From contig JAJDVR010000096.1 of NCBI GenBank assembly GCA_022826025.1, forward strand, positions 1,840-65,839: a stretch of DNA of 64,000 nucleotides, in the 5' to 3' direction. The DNA is from Gemmatimonadota bacterium (GTDB lineage: Bacteria; Gemmatimonadota; Gemmatimonadetes; Longimicrobiales; Gaopeijiaceae). This document shows, in pieces, positions 28,091-38,919 of the stretch. Position 1 is the stretch's first letter. Every line of letters begins with the position of its first letter. A program made the translations under genes and the position numbers. The notes under the pieces are model-generated. The model was not told the origin of the DNA and did no database searches. It worked only from the letters and a program-made list of their open reading frames with translations.

Positions 28091-29620
28091 TTACCAGAAG
28101 ACGATGTACAGAGCCGCCGCCCCGGCGATCACCCCGCCGGCCCAGAGCCGCCCGCCGGGCGCCGGCGTCAGATCCACCGCCGCCTCGGACCGCGGCAGCG
28201 TGCGCGCCTCCGCCAGCGGACGGGCCCGCGTCACCACCAGCATGAACGCGCAGATCACGAGGAACGTGATCGCCATGTGATGCAGGAACGCCACTTCCGG
28301 AAGCAGCCAGAGCAGCAGGCCGTAGACCGGCACCCCCAGCACCATCCCGCCAAAGGCCGCCCGCGGCGGCGTCCGGGGCATGAACAGGCCGAACAGGAAG
28401 GCGGCCACGATCCCCGGCGAGATGAATCCCCAGAACATCTGGATGTACTCGAACACGCTCCCCGCCCGCGCCACCAGCGGCGCCCACAGGCACGCGACCA
28501 CAGCCAGAACCGCTGTCGTCACCCGACCTGTCGTCATGAGCCTCCGCGATGAAGCCCCCGGGCGCAGATGCCGCTTGTAGATATCGACGCTGAAGATGGT
28601 GGCCGCCGAATTGAGCATCGAGTCGAGCGAGCTCATCACCGCCCCGAAGAGCGCCGCGAACATGAGCCCGGTCAGTCCGGCGGGCAGCAGCTCGCGCATC
28701 ATCACCGGATACGCCTGATCCGGATTCGACACCTGGTCGGCGAACAGCTCCGCGGCCATGATCCCCGGAAAGACGATGATGAAGGGGATGAGCAGCTTGA
28801 TGAAGCCGGCCAGGAAGATCCCGCGCTGCGCGTCCGCCAGGCTGCGCGCAGCCAGCGTCCGCTGGGTGATGAACTGGTTCAGCCCCCAGTAGAAGATGTT
28901 GGGGATCCAGAGCCCGCCGATGAAGACCGCCAGCCACGGCATCTCGGGGTGATTCCATGGGAGAACGGTGTGCAGTTTGCCCTCGGCGGCCGCGAGAAAG
29001 GGCTCCACGCCCCCGATCGCGCGAAAGCCGAGCACCGTTACCAGAACGCCGCCCAGGAGCAGCGCCACGCCCTGGATGAGGTCCGACCACACGACGGCCT
29101 TGAGGCCCCCGTAGATGGTGTAGCCACCGGCGAGGATCCCGATCAGCCAGATGCCCGCCCCGATGTCCAGCCCGAAGATGGATTCCAGCGCCAGCGCCCC
29201 GGAATAGAGCACCGTGGCCAGGGCGACCAGGACATAGGCCGCCATGATGTACGCCGCCATGAGCGTGCGCGTGCGAGCATCGTAGCGGTACTCGAGGAAC
29301 TCCGGAATCGTGTAGATGCCGGCCTGCAGGAAGCGCGGCAGGAAGAACAGGCCCACCAGCACGAGCGTGACCGCCGCCATCCACTCGTAGCTGGCGATGG
29401 CGAGCCCGAGATCGTACCCGCGGCCCGCCATGCCCACGAAGTGCTCCGTGGAGATGTTGGACGCGATCAGGGAGAAGCCGATCAGCCACCACGGCAGATT
29501 CCGGCCCGCGAGGAAGTAGCCCGCCGCGTCGCGCCTGCCGCGCGAGGCGTACAGCGACACCCCCACCACGAGGGCGAGAAAGCCGGCGAAGGCGGCGAGG
29601 TCGAGGGGTTGGAAGGTCAC
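28091..29620 (-). CDS. sodium:solute symporter family (SGLT-like) transporter
   Basis: YFLAGRNLPWWLIGFSLIASNISTEHFVGMAG and TIPEFLEYRYD are hallmark SSF motifs. Multi-pass membrane protein. Confidence 0.85.
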   Translation of the reverse strand: MTFQPLDLAAFAGFLALVVGVSLYASRGRRDAAGYFLAGRNLPWWLIGFSLIASNISTEHFVGMAGRGYDLGLAIASYEWMAAVTLVLVGLFFLPRFLQAGIYTIPEFLEYRYDARTRTLMAAYIMAAYVLVALATVLYSGALALESIFGLDIGAGIWLIGILAGGYTIYGGLKAVVWSDLIQGVALLLGGVLVTVLGFRAIGGVEPFLAAAEGKLHTVLPWNHPEMPWLAVFIGGLWIPNIFYWGLNQFITQRTLAARSLADAQRGIFLAGFIKLLIPFIIVFPGIMAAELFADQVSNPDQAYPVMMRELLPAGLTGLMFAALFGAVMSSLDSMLNSAATIFSVDIYKRHLRPGASSRRLMTTGRVTTAVLAVVACLWAPLVARAGSVFEYIQMFWGFISPGIVAAFLFGLFMPRTPPRAAFGGMVLGVPVYGLLLWLLPEVAFLHHMAITFLVICAFMLVVTRARPLAEARTLPRSEAAVDLTPAPGGRLWAGGVIAGAAALYIVFW

Positions 29621-29631
29621 GACGGACCGGT

Positions 29632-29952
29632 TTACCGTCTCAGCGCAACCAGCACCACATGCTCCCGCTCGATCTCGCGCTGGAACCGCTCCGGCAGCCT
29701 CGCCCAGTCCCGCGCCTCGACGAGAAAGGGAATCGTCGACTCGCGGACCGCGTCCTCAAAGTCCATTAGCCGTGCGAGCGGAATCTGGTCGCGCCCGGGC
29801 CCCCGCAGCACGAGGTCGAGGTCGCTGCCGTCGTGGCCCCGGCCGTTGACGCGGCTCCCGTAGACCCACACCTCGGTATCCCGAAGGTGCTTGCGCAGCA
29901 ACGCCAGCAGGATGTCCCGGTGCCGTTGCGAGAGGCGCAGCCGATCAGTCAT
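29632..29952 (-). CDS. MNT-type minimal nucleotidyltransferase (antitoxin partner of HEPN)
   Basis: YGSRVNGRGHDGSDLDLVL nucleotidyltransferase motif. ATG 29952 overlaps the upstream HEPN stop by 8 nt. Confidence 0.8.
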   Translation of the reverse strand: MTDRLRLSQRHRDILLALLRKHLRDTEVWVYGSRVNGRGHDGSDLDLVLRGPGRDQIPLARLMDFEDAVRESTIPFLVEARDWARLPERFQREIEREHVVLVALRR

Positions 29953-30370
29953 CGTTGGTCTGCTCAATAATGCCGGCGAGAGCCTTCGCATCCTCGATGA
30001 ACTTCGGAAGCAGCCTGAGGGTGGCCTCCGCGAAGTCCTCGCCGTAGTCGTGGGCCGTGTAGTTGCGGTTGTCGCGGTAGCGAAGCCATCTCTCTACTGC
30101 ATCGGGCTCAATGAGGTCGTGGCGTGCGGCGTTGCGGAAGAGATCCTTGAAGTGGAGACGGTCGGCCTGCCGGTTGCTCGCGAACCAGGCGGCCAGCCGC
30201 TTGCGCAGCAGCTTGCCGGACTGCTCGAGCACGAGTTCGAACTCCTTGACGCACGCGGCACGATAAATGTCGTACATGACATCGTCGTTCGCCTCGCTCC
30301 GTTGGATTCCATCCACCGCCCGCTCGAGCGAGGCGATGCAGCGGCGCAGGAAGGTCGTGTCGATGTTCAT
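29945..30370 (-). CDS. HEPN-domain protein, HI0074-type nucleotidyltransferase substrate-binding subunit (toxin)
   Basis: 141 aa with an Rx4-6H HEPN motif in RYRDNRNYTAHDY. Paired with the MNT gene. Confidence 0.8.
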   Translation of the reverse strand: MNIDTTFLRRCIASLERAVDGIQRSEANDDVMYDIYRAACVKEFELVLEQSGKLLRKRLAAWFASNRQADRLHFKDLFRNAARHDLIEPDAVERWLRYRDNRNYTAHDYGEDFAEATLRLLPKFIEDAKALAGIIEQTNDD

Positions 30371-30474
30371 GGCTCCACCCTCCGAGTCCGCGACTCCTCA
30401 GGTTCTCGGCGACCGCGGCGTCAAGCCGATCGGTCGTCCCCCAACTTATGACATGTGACGTGTCCCGGTACACC

Positions 30475-30505
30475 TTGACCCTCACGTAACGTCAGGGTTT
30501 AGCTT
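30475..30505 (+). promoter_or_regulatory. MerR-type promoter with a 19-nt spacer and an operator dyad
   Basis: TTGACC (30475-30480), a 19-nt spacer, then TAGCTT (30500-30505). An imperfect dyad ACCCTcACGTaACGTcAGGGT (30478-30498) sits inside the spacer. The -10 ends 7 nt before ATG 30513. Confidence 0.55.
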
Positions 30506-30512
30506 CGCTTCC

Positions 30513-31328
30513 ATGAACATTGAGCGACAGACACGGGTAGCGGACGCCCCCACCGGTGAGGAACTCCACACCGTCGGCGAGGTCGCGGCCCTGGCCAGGG
30601 TCACGGTGCGCACGCTCCACCACTACGACCGGCTCGGGCTCCTGACCCCGTCCCGGCGGTCGGAGAAGGGCTACCGGCTCTACGGCTACGCGGACCTGGA
30701 GCGGCTCCGGCAGATCCTGCTGCTGCGCGAGTTGGGATTCCGGCTGGATGTCATCGCGGAGATGGTGGATGCGGCCGCGTACGACCGGAGGCGCGCGCTC
30801 ATCGCCCAGCGGGAGCTGTTGCGCGAGCGCCAACGCAGGACGGACCGGATCATCGCGGGCGTGGACCGCGCGCTGGCGGCGATGGAGGAGGAGAAACCGA
30901 TGGAGACGACGACGATGTTCGAGGGGCTGGAGGATTTCGACCACGAGCAGTACGAGGACGAGGCTCGCGAGCGCTGGGGCCGGACGGACGCCTACAGGGA
31001 ATCCATGCGGCGCACCCGGCGCTACACCGGGAACGACTGGACGCGCATCAAGACCGAAGCCGAGGATGTGATGGCTCGCCTCGCGGCGCTACTGGAGGAG
31101 GGAGCCCACGCCGCGAGCAGCGCAGCGAGAGAGCTTGCCGAAGAGCACCGCTGTCACATCGACCGCTGGTTCTACCCGTGCAGCCACGCGATGCACGTGG
31201 GGCTCGCCGACATGTACGTCGCCGACCCGCGCTTCACCGAGCACTTCGAGAAGCGTGGAGCGGGGTTGGCGGCGTTCTTCCGGGAAGCGATCCTGGCCAA
31301 TGCGGCGCGACGGAGAAACACCCCTTAA
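30513..31328 (+). CDS. MerR-family regulator with a TipAS-type antibiotic-recognition domain (TipAL-like)
   Basis: HTH segment HTVGEVAALARVTVRTLHHYDRLGLLTPSRRSEKGYRLY. The C-terminal TipAS-like region includes WFYPCSHAMHVGLADMYVADPRFTEHF. Confidence 0.85.
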   Translation: MNIERQTRVADAPTGEELHTVGEVAALARVTVRTLHHYDRLGLLTPSRRSEKGYRLYGYADLERLRQILLLRELGFRLDVIAEMVDAAAYDRRRALIAQRELLRERQRRTDRIIAGVDRALAAMEEEKPMETTTMFEGLEDFDHEQYEDEARERWGRTDAYRESMRRTRRYTGNDWTRIKTEAEDVMARLAALLEEGAHAASSAARELAEEHRCHIDRWFYPCSHAMHVGLADMYVADPRFTEHFEKRGAGLAAFFREAILANAARRRNTP

Positions 31329-31338
31329 TCCGATATCT

Positions 31339-31376
31339 ATAGCAGTAAATGCGCATTATCGCCAAGTTACTGCTAT
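31339..31376. promoter_or_regulatory. 10-bp inverted repeat, candidate AbiEi autoregulatory operator
   Basis: ATAGCAGTAA (31339-31348) / TTACTGCTAT (31367-31376) with an 18-nt spacer. The right arm overlaps the abiEi ATG at 31375. The local region is AT-rich. Confidence 0.5.
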
Positions 31377-32013
31377 GACATTTGCGACACTTCTGCAGAT
31401 CATTGGCGACGAGCCGGTTTTCGAAACCGGTCTTCTGATGGCGGGATCCCGGCCTGATCCGGGTTTGTTCGGCCAGCTTTCCCGCTGGCGTTCGGCCGGT
31501 CGGATCCATCAGCTTCGTCGCGGGCTGTACGCTCTCGCTCCACCGTATCGGAAGACGATTCCCCATCCGTTCCTGATCGCGAATCGCCTGTCGCCGGGCT
31601 CCTACGTCAGCGGCGTGTCGGCCCTCGCCTTCGCGGGTGCGATTCCAGAGTTCGTGCCCGAAGTGACCAGTTGCGGCCCGGGGCGGACGCAGCTTCGGTC
31701 GACGGCACTCGGCCGCTTCTCCTTTCGCCATCTGAAGCCGGAGCTGTGTCACGGCTATCGCCTCGCCGAACTCGGCGGCGATCAGGAGGCTTTTGTCGCA
31801 ACGCCCGAGAAGGCGTTTCTCGATTTGGCCTATCTGCAGCCGGGAGGCGACGATCCGGCGTGGATCGACGGGCTGCGACTCAACGTCGAAGCCTTGTGCG
31901 GGGCTACGCTCGAGGACATGGCCGCGGCCATCGGCAGCCCGAAGCTGATCCGCGCGGCTCGCCATGTGCGGTCCCGGGAGAACGACCACGAACTCGCGTT
32001 CGAAGAAGTATGA
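31375..32013 (+). CDS. abiEi: AbiEi-family type IV toxin-antitoxin antitoxin (wHTH)
   Basis: N-terminus QLSRWRSAGRIHQLRRGLYAL is typical of AbiEi. Stop/start overlap ATGA with the AbiEii gene. Confidence 0.7.
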   Translation: MTFATLLQIIGDEPVFETGLLMAGSRPDPGLFGQLSRWRSAGRIHQLRRGLYALAPPYRKTIPHPFLIANRLSPGSYVSGVSALAFAGAIPEFVPEVTSCGPGRTQLRSTALGRFSFRHLKPELCHGYRLAELGGDQEAFVATPEKAFLDLAYLQPGGDDPAWIDGLRLNVEALCGATLEDMAAAIGSPKLIRAARHVRSRENDHELAFEEV

Positions 32014-32813
32014 AGGACCACCTCCGCCGCCTGGTGCGAGACGCGGACCCGTTGCACGGGCGCAACGTCCTCCGGGAGTACCTTCAGGCCCGAGTGCTCG
32101 AAGGACTCCAGCGGGGGGGAGCCTTCACTTCGCTGGCCTTCCAGGGAGGCACCGCGCTACGATTTCTGTATGGCCTTCCCCGCTACTCGGAAGACCTCGA
32201 TTTCTCGCTGGAGGGCGACCGGGAACGGTACGACCTTCGCGGCTGGCTCGTGTCCATCGGCCGTCAACTCCGTCGCGAGGGATACACCGTGCGGAGCACG
32301 CTTCGAGCCAGGACCGCCGTTCATGCCGCCTGGCTCCGGTTTCCCGGGCTCCTTTACGAGAACGGCCTCTCCGCACACCGCGAAGAAGCTCTCGCGATCA
32401 AGATCGGCGTGGATTCCAACCCTCCGGGTGGGGCGGGCACCGAGACGCGGCTGGTCCGCCGTCACGTTACGCTGCGCCTGTGGCACCACGAACCGCCATC
32501 GCTGCTGGCCGGAAAGCTGCACGCGGTACTGCGACGTCCTTTCGCGAAGGGACGCGACGTGTACGATCTGGGCTGGTACCTGAGCGACCCTGATTGGCCG
32601 GCGCCCAATCTGAAACTGCTTAACCACGCCCTTCGGCAGAGTGACGGACGAGATGATGCCCCGATGACGGCGGATACCTGGAAGGCCGGCGTGGCGCGGC
32701 GCCTGGCGGGGCTCTCCTGGGAGCGTCTGACGGCCGATGTGGCGCCGTTTCTCGAGGGGTCCGGGACGATGCCCCGGCGGGACGATCTGCTGGCGTTGCT
32801 GGACGACGGGTAA
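32010..32813 (+). CDS. abiEii: AbiEii/AbiGii-family nucleotidyltransferase toxin (DUF1814)
   Basis: Signature LAFQGGTALRFLYGLPRYSEDLDFS. ATG 32010 overlaps the abiEi stop. Confidence 0.8.
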   Translation: MKDHLRRLVRDADPLHGRNVLREYLQARVLEGLQRGGAFTSLAFQGGTALRFLYGLPRYSEDLDFSLEGDRERYDLRGWLVSIGRQLRREGYTVRSTLRARTAVHAAWLRFPGLLYENGLSAHREEALAIKIGVDSNPPGGAGTETRLVRRHVTLRLWHHEPPSLLAGKLHAVLRRPFAKGRDVYDLGWYLSDPDWPAPNLKLLNHALRQSDGRDDAPMTADTWKAGVARRLAGLSWERLTADVAPFLEGSGTMPRRDDLLALLDDG

Positions 32814-32855
32814 TCGGGCGGCGAGCGAGGAGCCGCGGAGAAACGCCGACTTGCG

Positions 32856-34856
<2,001 letters not shown>

Positions 34857-34991
34857 CTACCGCAGGTGACGGCCCTTAAGACGTGATAAATCTAGCATTT
34901 TTCGGCGTTTTCGGCCATGTCCGGAGAGGTCGTGGAGGGTGGCATCGGAGCATGGCGGAAGGCTGTGCCCGGCCGGGTCGGTTCCCCGCGG

Positions 34992-36371
34992 TCAGCCGGC
35001 TTCGGCCGATGGCCGCACAAGCACGGGATTGACGAAAATCCAGGGGCGCAGATTCCACACCAGCCTGCCCACGCGGGCCGAATACCTGTAGAGCTCGACC
35101 CGGTAGGCTCCCGGCCCCTCCACCGGCCAGGACAGGCCGGGCCCCCGCCACCACCCCACCTCCCGGCCGTCGCGCACGACCCGGTAGGCGACCCGGCCCG
35201 GATCGGTCGCGAATCCGGCCTCCAGGCGGAGGTCCGTGGCCATGCGGGTGGCTCCGCCGGGGGGGACGTGGGCGGGGAGGGAGGCGGGGATCGCGGATTC
35301 GCCGGCAACAGGGATGGCGCCCTCGGCCGACGTGGCGCTCCCCGGGGTTAGGTCCGCCCAACCCCCGGGCGCGACCATGCCCACCCGGAACCCGCGCGCC
35401 TCTTCCGCGTCGCCGAACGACACGAACACGTCGCCCCGCCGGATCGCCGCCCCCAGCGAGCGGGTGGCTGCAACGGGATCGGAGTCCGGCGGCACGTCGA
35501 GCGCGACGTGGTTGACCATGGTGCGCAGCGATGATGCGTAGTCCGGGAAGAGCCTCCCCCCCGGGAGCCGGGCCCTGGGGTGCACGTCGAGCCCGCCGAC
35601 CGCTGTGGGACCGGTGCGGTCGAGCGCGGCCGGCCGCTCCTGCCCGTGGTCCGCCCACAGGGAGTCGAAGGCGGCCACCCCCGGGGCGCGGAACCCGTTG
35701 CGGTAGAGACGCAGCCAGCTGTGCTCGGCGCGGCCGGTGAGCTCCCCGCCGACGAGCGCCACCAGGTGGTAGACGACGCTCGGACTGGCCAGCCGGCGCC
35801 GGGCCACGTCCGCGAAGTCGAACACCTCCCAGGCGGCCATGCCGGGCGCGCCGGGCAGCCGCCACGCGTCGGAAGGACGGCCGCGCGGGTGCGCCACCAC
35901 CGTAAAGGCCGAGTCGCGCTCCACACGGGCGAGGAAGCTCTCCACCCCGCCGGTCCACGACACCACCGCCGTGTCCAGGCGGTCGACCAGCACCTTGCCG
36001 ACCCCCTCCACGCGGATCTCCTGGCCACGGACCACCAGCACGCCCTCATCCCACAGGGCGGTGCCTTCCCACTCGGCCGCGGGCGAGCCGGCGTCCCTGT
36101 GGTCGGCGAGGAAGACGAAATCCAGCCCGACCGCTCGCGCCGCTCGCGCCAACTCGGCTTCGGTCCCGATCGCGTCGTGCGAGCGGCGCGTGTGCACGTG
36201 GATCGCGCCGGCCACCCGGGTCGAGGGGGCGGGGGGTGGGGCGGGGTGGGCGCTCCCCTCCCTCAACGCCACCGAGTCCAGGCGAGCACCGGCATACACA
36301 GCCGCGAAGTAGACGCCCGCGGCGACCAGGAACCATCGCGCGGCGCGGCGGAAGAACCGGCGCTTCACCAT
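34992..36371 (-). CDS. membrane-anchored PHP-like metallophosphoesterase-domain protein
   Basis: N-terminal TM segment (WFLVAAGVYFAAVYAGA). His cluster AIHVHTRRSHDAIG..DFVFLADH resembles a PHP/CehA-type domain. Sits between the DUF721 gene and gyrB. Confidence 0.55.
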   Translation of the reverse strand: MVKRRFFRRAARWFLVAAGVYFAAVYAGARLDSVALREGSAHPAPPPAPSTRVAGAIHVHTRRSHDAIGTEAELARAARAVGLDFVFLADHRDAGSPAAEWEGTALWDEGVLVVRGQEIRVEGVGKVLVDRLDTAVVSWTGGVESFLARVERDSAFTVVAHPRGRPSDAWRLPGAPGMAAWEVFDFADVARRRLASPSVVYHLVALVGGELTGRAEHSWLRLYRNGFRAPGVAAFDSLWADHGQERPAALDRTGPTAVGGLDVHPRARLPGGRLFPDYASSLRTMVNHVALDVPPDSDPVAATRSLGAAIRRGDVFVSFGDAEEARGFRVGMVAPGGWADLTPGSATSAEGAIPVAGESAIPASLPAHVPPGGATRMATDLRLEAGFATDPGRVAYRVVRDGREVGWWRGPGLSWPVEGPGAYRVELYRYSARVGRLVWNLRPWIFVNPVLVRPSAEAG

Positions 36372-36826
36372 CCCCCCACCTCTTCATCCCCGGCCGAGAG
36401 CACGAACATCACCCGCTTGATGCGAACGCTCCGGCCCGCGTTCAGGCGCGCCATGATCTGCCGCCTGCGCAGGTTGAGCTCCATGGCCCACGCCGACGAC
36501 GGCACCTCCACGACCAGCACCCCGTCCCTGACCGACCGCGCCCGGGTCACGCGCGCCAGGCCCGCACCCACCAGTCGGGGCCAGTCCTCCAGCAGTCTCT
36601 GATACTCCATCTGTTTGGCGAGCCCCCGGCGCCGGAGCACGCGCTCGAGAATGTCACCGATCTTCTCCGGACCCCGCGGCGTGGAACCGGCGGCGCCTGC
36701 CCGATACACGCTCGGCCCCGGCGAGCCCGGCTCGGCCTCGGCGGCGCCCTCCCGTTCGCCGCCCGGACCGGTCGCCCGGCTTCGGCCGGCCAGGATGCGT
36801 GCGATCTCCTCGCGGGTCTCGCTCAT
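36365..36826 (-). CDS. DUF721 (DciA-like) protein
   Basis: IGDILERVLRRRGL..WPRLVG..VRDGVLVVEVPSSAWAMELNLRRRQIMARLN is the DUF721 pattern. It occupies the canonical position after recF, with an ATGA overlap to the recF stop. Confidence 0.75.
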   Translation of the reverse strand: MSETREEIARILAGRSRATGPGGEREGAAEAEPGSPGPSVYRAGAAGSTPRGPEKIGDILERVLRRRGLAKQMEYQRLLEDWPRLVGAGLARVTRARSVRDGVLVVEVPSSAWAMELNLRRRQIMARLNAGRSVRIKRVMFVLSAGDEEVGGW

Positions 36827-37938
36827 GTGCTCACGACCCCGTTCTCGACGCGCCAGCGCGGGATCGTTTCCCGTCGCACCTGGACATCCGCCTCCCGGGG
36901 CGCGGTGAGAATCACCTGATGCCGCAGGTTTTCCTCGATGAGGTCCAGGATGCGCCGCGACCGGCCCTCATCCAGCTCCGAGAAGACGTCGTCCAGCAGC
37001 AGGATGGGCGTCTTCCCGCGCACCTCGCGCACGGTGGCGGCCTCGGTGAGGCGAAGGGACAGGGCCCCGGTGCGCTGCTGGCCCCCGGAGCCGAAGGTGC
37101 GGAGATCGAGGTCCCCCGATTCGGCCGCGAGGCTGATCCCCATCTCGTCGCGGTGCGGTCCGACCACCGTGGTCGCAAGCCTCCCTTCGCGGCCGCGCGA
37201 ACGCTCCAGAGCCCGTGCGAACACCTCGGGCAGGCCTGCGGCGTCGGCCTGCAGCGCATCGGCTACGGAGGGCTGGTAGGACATGTGCGCGGGCCTCCCC
37301 CCGGAGATCTCGCGGTACAGGGCCCGGAACGTCGCCGCCGAGCCCGCGATCCAGTCGCGCCGCGCGCTCATCACCCTCGCGCCGAGCGACGTGAGCGGGT
37401 CGTCCCAGGCGGCCACGGCGGCGCGGTCGCTGCGCGCCTTGAGCGCCGCGTTGCGCTGGGCGAGCACGAGCCGGTACTGCTGAAGCGCCCGCAGGTAACC
37501 CGGCGACGCCAGTGAGAGCACGATGTCGAGGAATCTCCGTCGCTCCGCGGGTCCCCCGGCCACCACCTTCACGTCCGAGGGAGCGAAGACGACGGCGGCC
37601 GTGCGTCCCAGGGCGTCGGCCAGGCGGTCGGGCTCATGTCCGTCGACGGTCACCTTCTTGCGCGGTCCGACGCGCTGGAAGGCCGCGGTCACCTCCACCT
37701 GATCGCCCTCGCCCGCAAAGCGGCCGGCCAGACGGAAGACCGGCTGCCCGAAGGCCGTCAGCTGCTCGTCCCTGGACGCGCGGAACGAACGGAATGTCTC
37801 CAGATAGTAGATGGCCTCCAGCAGGTTCGTCTTACCGTGCGCGTTGGGACCCACGATGGCGACGCCCTCGGGCGGAAAATCGAGTTCCTGCTCGCCGAGG
37901 TTGCGGAAGTGATACAGGGAAAGACGGCTCAGGCGCAC
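36823..37938 (-). CDS. recF: DNA replication/repair protein RecF
   Basis: MRLSRLSLYHFRNL..VGPNAHGKTNLLEAIYYL Walker A, and the C-terminal signature GSGGQQRTGALSLRL..LLLDDVFSELD. Confidence 0.9.
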   Translation of the reverse strand: MRLSRLSLYHFRNLGEQELDFPPEGVAIVGPNAHGKTNLLEAIYYLETFRSFRASRDEQLTAFGQPVFRLAGRFAGEGDQVEVTAAFQRVGPRKKVTVDGHEPDRLADALGRTAAVVFAPSDVKVVAGGPAERRRFLDIVLSLASPGYLRALQQYRLVLAQRNAALKARSDRAAVAAWDDPLTSLGARVMSARRDWIAGSAATFRALYREISGGRPAHMSYQPSVADALQADAAGLPEVFARALERSRGREGRLATTVVGPHRDEMGISLAAESGDLDLRTFGSGGQQRTGALSLRLTEAATVREVRGKTPILLLDDVFSELDEGRSRRILDLIEENLRHQVILTAPREADVQVRRETIPRWRVENGVVST

Positions 37939-37944
37939 CGGGCT

Positions 37945-38730
37945 TCAACGTCCTTGAAAGTTCGCCCCTCGCCGCTCCAGAAACGCGTCCATTCCCTCGC
38001 GCATGTCCCCGGTGGCCGCCAGCACGCCGAAGAGCGAGGACTCGAAGGCGTGCGCATCCGCCTCGGCGCTGTCGAGCGCGGAGTAGATGGACTCGAGGGC
38101 GAACTGGAGCGCGACCGGCGCATTCTTCGTGATCCTGCGCATCAGCGCGACCGCGGCGTCGAGCAGCTCCGCCCGCTCGACCACCCGCGAGACCAGCCCG
38201 AAGCGCTCCGCCGTCGCCGCGTCGATCATGTCGCCCGTGAGCGTCATCTCCAGCGCGCGCCCCAGCCCGACGATGCGCGCGAGGCGAATGGTGCCGCCGT
38301 ATCCCGGGAGGATGCCCAGCGTGACCTCCGGAAGCCCGAAGCGCGCATTGGAGGATGCGATGCGCAGGTGGCACGCCATCGCCAGCTCGCATCCTCCGCC
38401 GAGAGCGAAACCCCCGACCGCCGCCATCACCGGCTTCGGGAAGCGCTCGATGAGCGTCAGGACTTCCTGGCCCCGGCGACTCACCTCCACGGCGGAAAGA
38501 GGCGTCATTTCCGCAAGCACCCCGATGTCCGCTCCCGCCACGAACGCCCTCTCGCCTGCGCCCGTCAGGACGACGCCGCGCACGCCGTCGTCCTCGCGCA
38601 ATGCTTCGAACGCATCCCCGATCTCCGTCACCACCTGCGGGTTGAGGGCATTCAGCTTTCGCCTGCGGTCGATGGTTACGATCGCGATCTCCTGGTCCCG
38701 CTCGAGACGCACATATTGCCGTTCCGGCAT
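37945..38730 (-). CDS. enoyl-CoA hydratase/isomerase (crotonase) family
   Basis: VVLTGAGERAFVAGADI and AAVGGFALGGGCELAMACHLRIA crotonase motifs. Confidence 0.85.
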   Translation of the reverse strand: MPERQYVRLERDQEIAIVTIDRRRKLNALNPQVVTEIGDAFEALREDDGVRGVVLTGAGERAFVAGADIGVLAEMTPLSAVEVSRRGQEVLTLIERFPKPVMAAVGGFALGGGCELAMACHLRIASSNARFGLPEVTLGILPGYGGTIRLARIVGLGRALEMTLTGDMIDAATAERFGLVSRVVERAELLDAAVALMRRITKNAPVALQFALESIYSALDSAEADAHAFESSLFGVLAATGDMREGMDAFLERRGANFQGR

Positions 38731-38919
38731 GGCAGAAATCCGCTGGGAGAAGGTGTCGGAAAAGGCTCCGTCGAGCCGGCACGAATACTACCGCCCGGGC
38801 GCTTCCCGGCGCCAGCGGTCCGCCGCTCGCCAGCGCCTCTCACCGGCATGGCCACCCCGGCCCGGTTAGGTTAGACTTCGCCCCTTGAACACCCCACCAG
38901 AGCCCAGGGAGGCTTGCCC

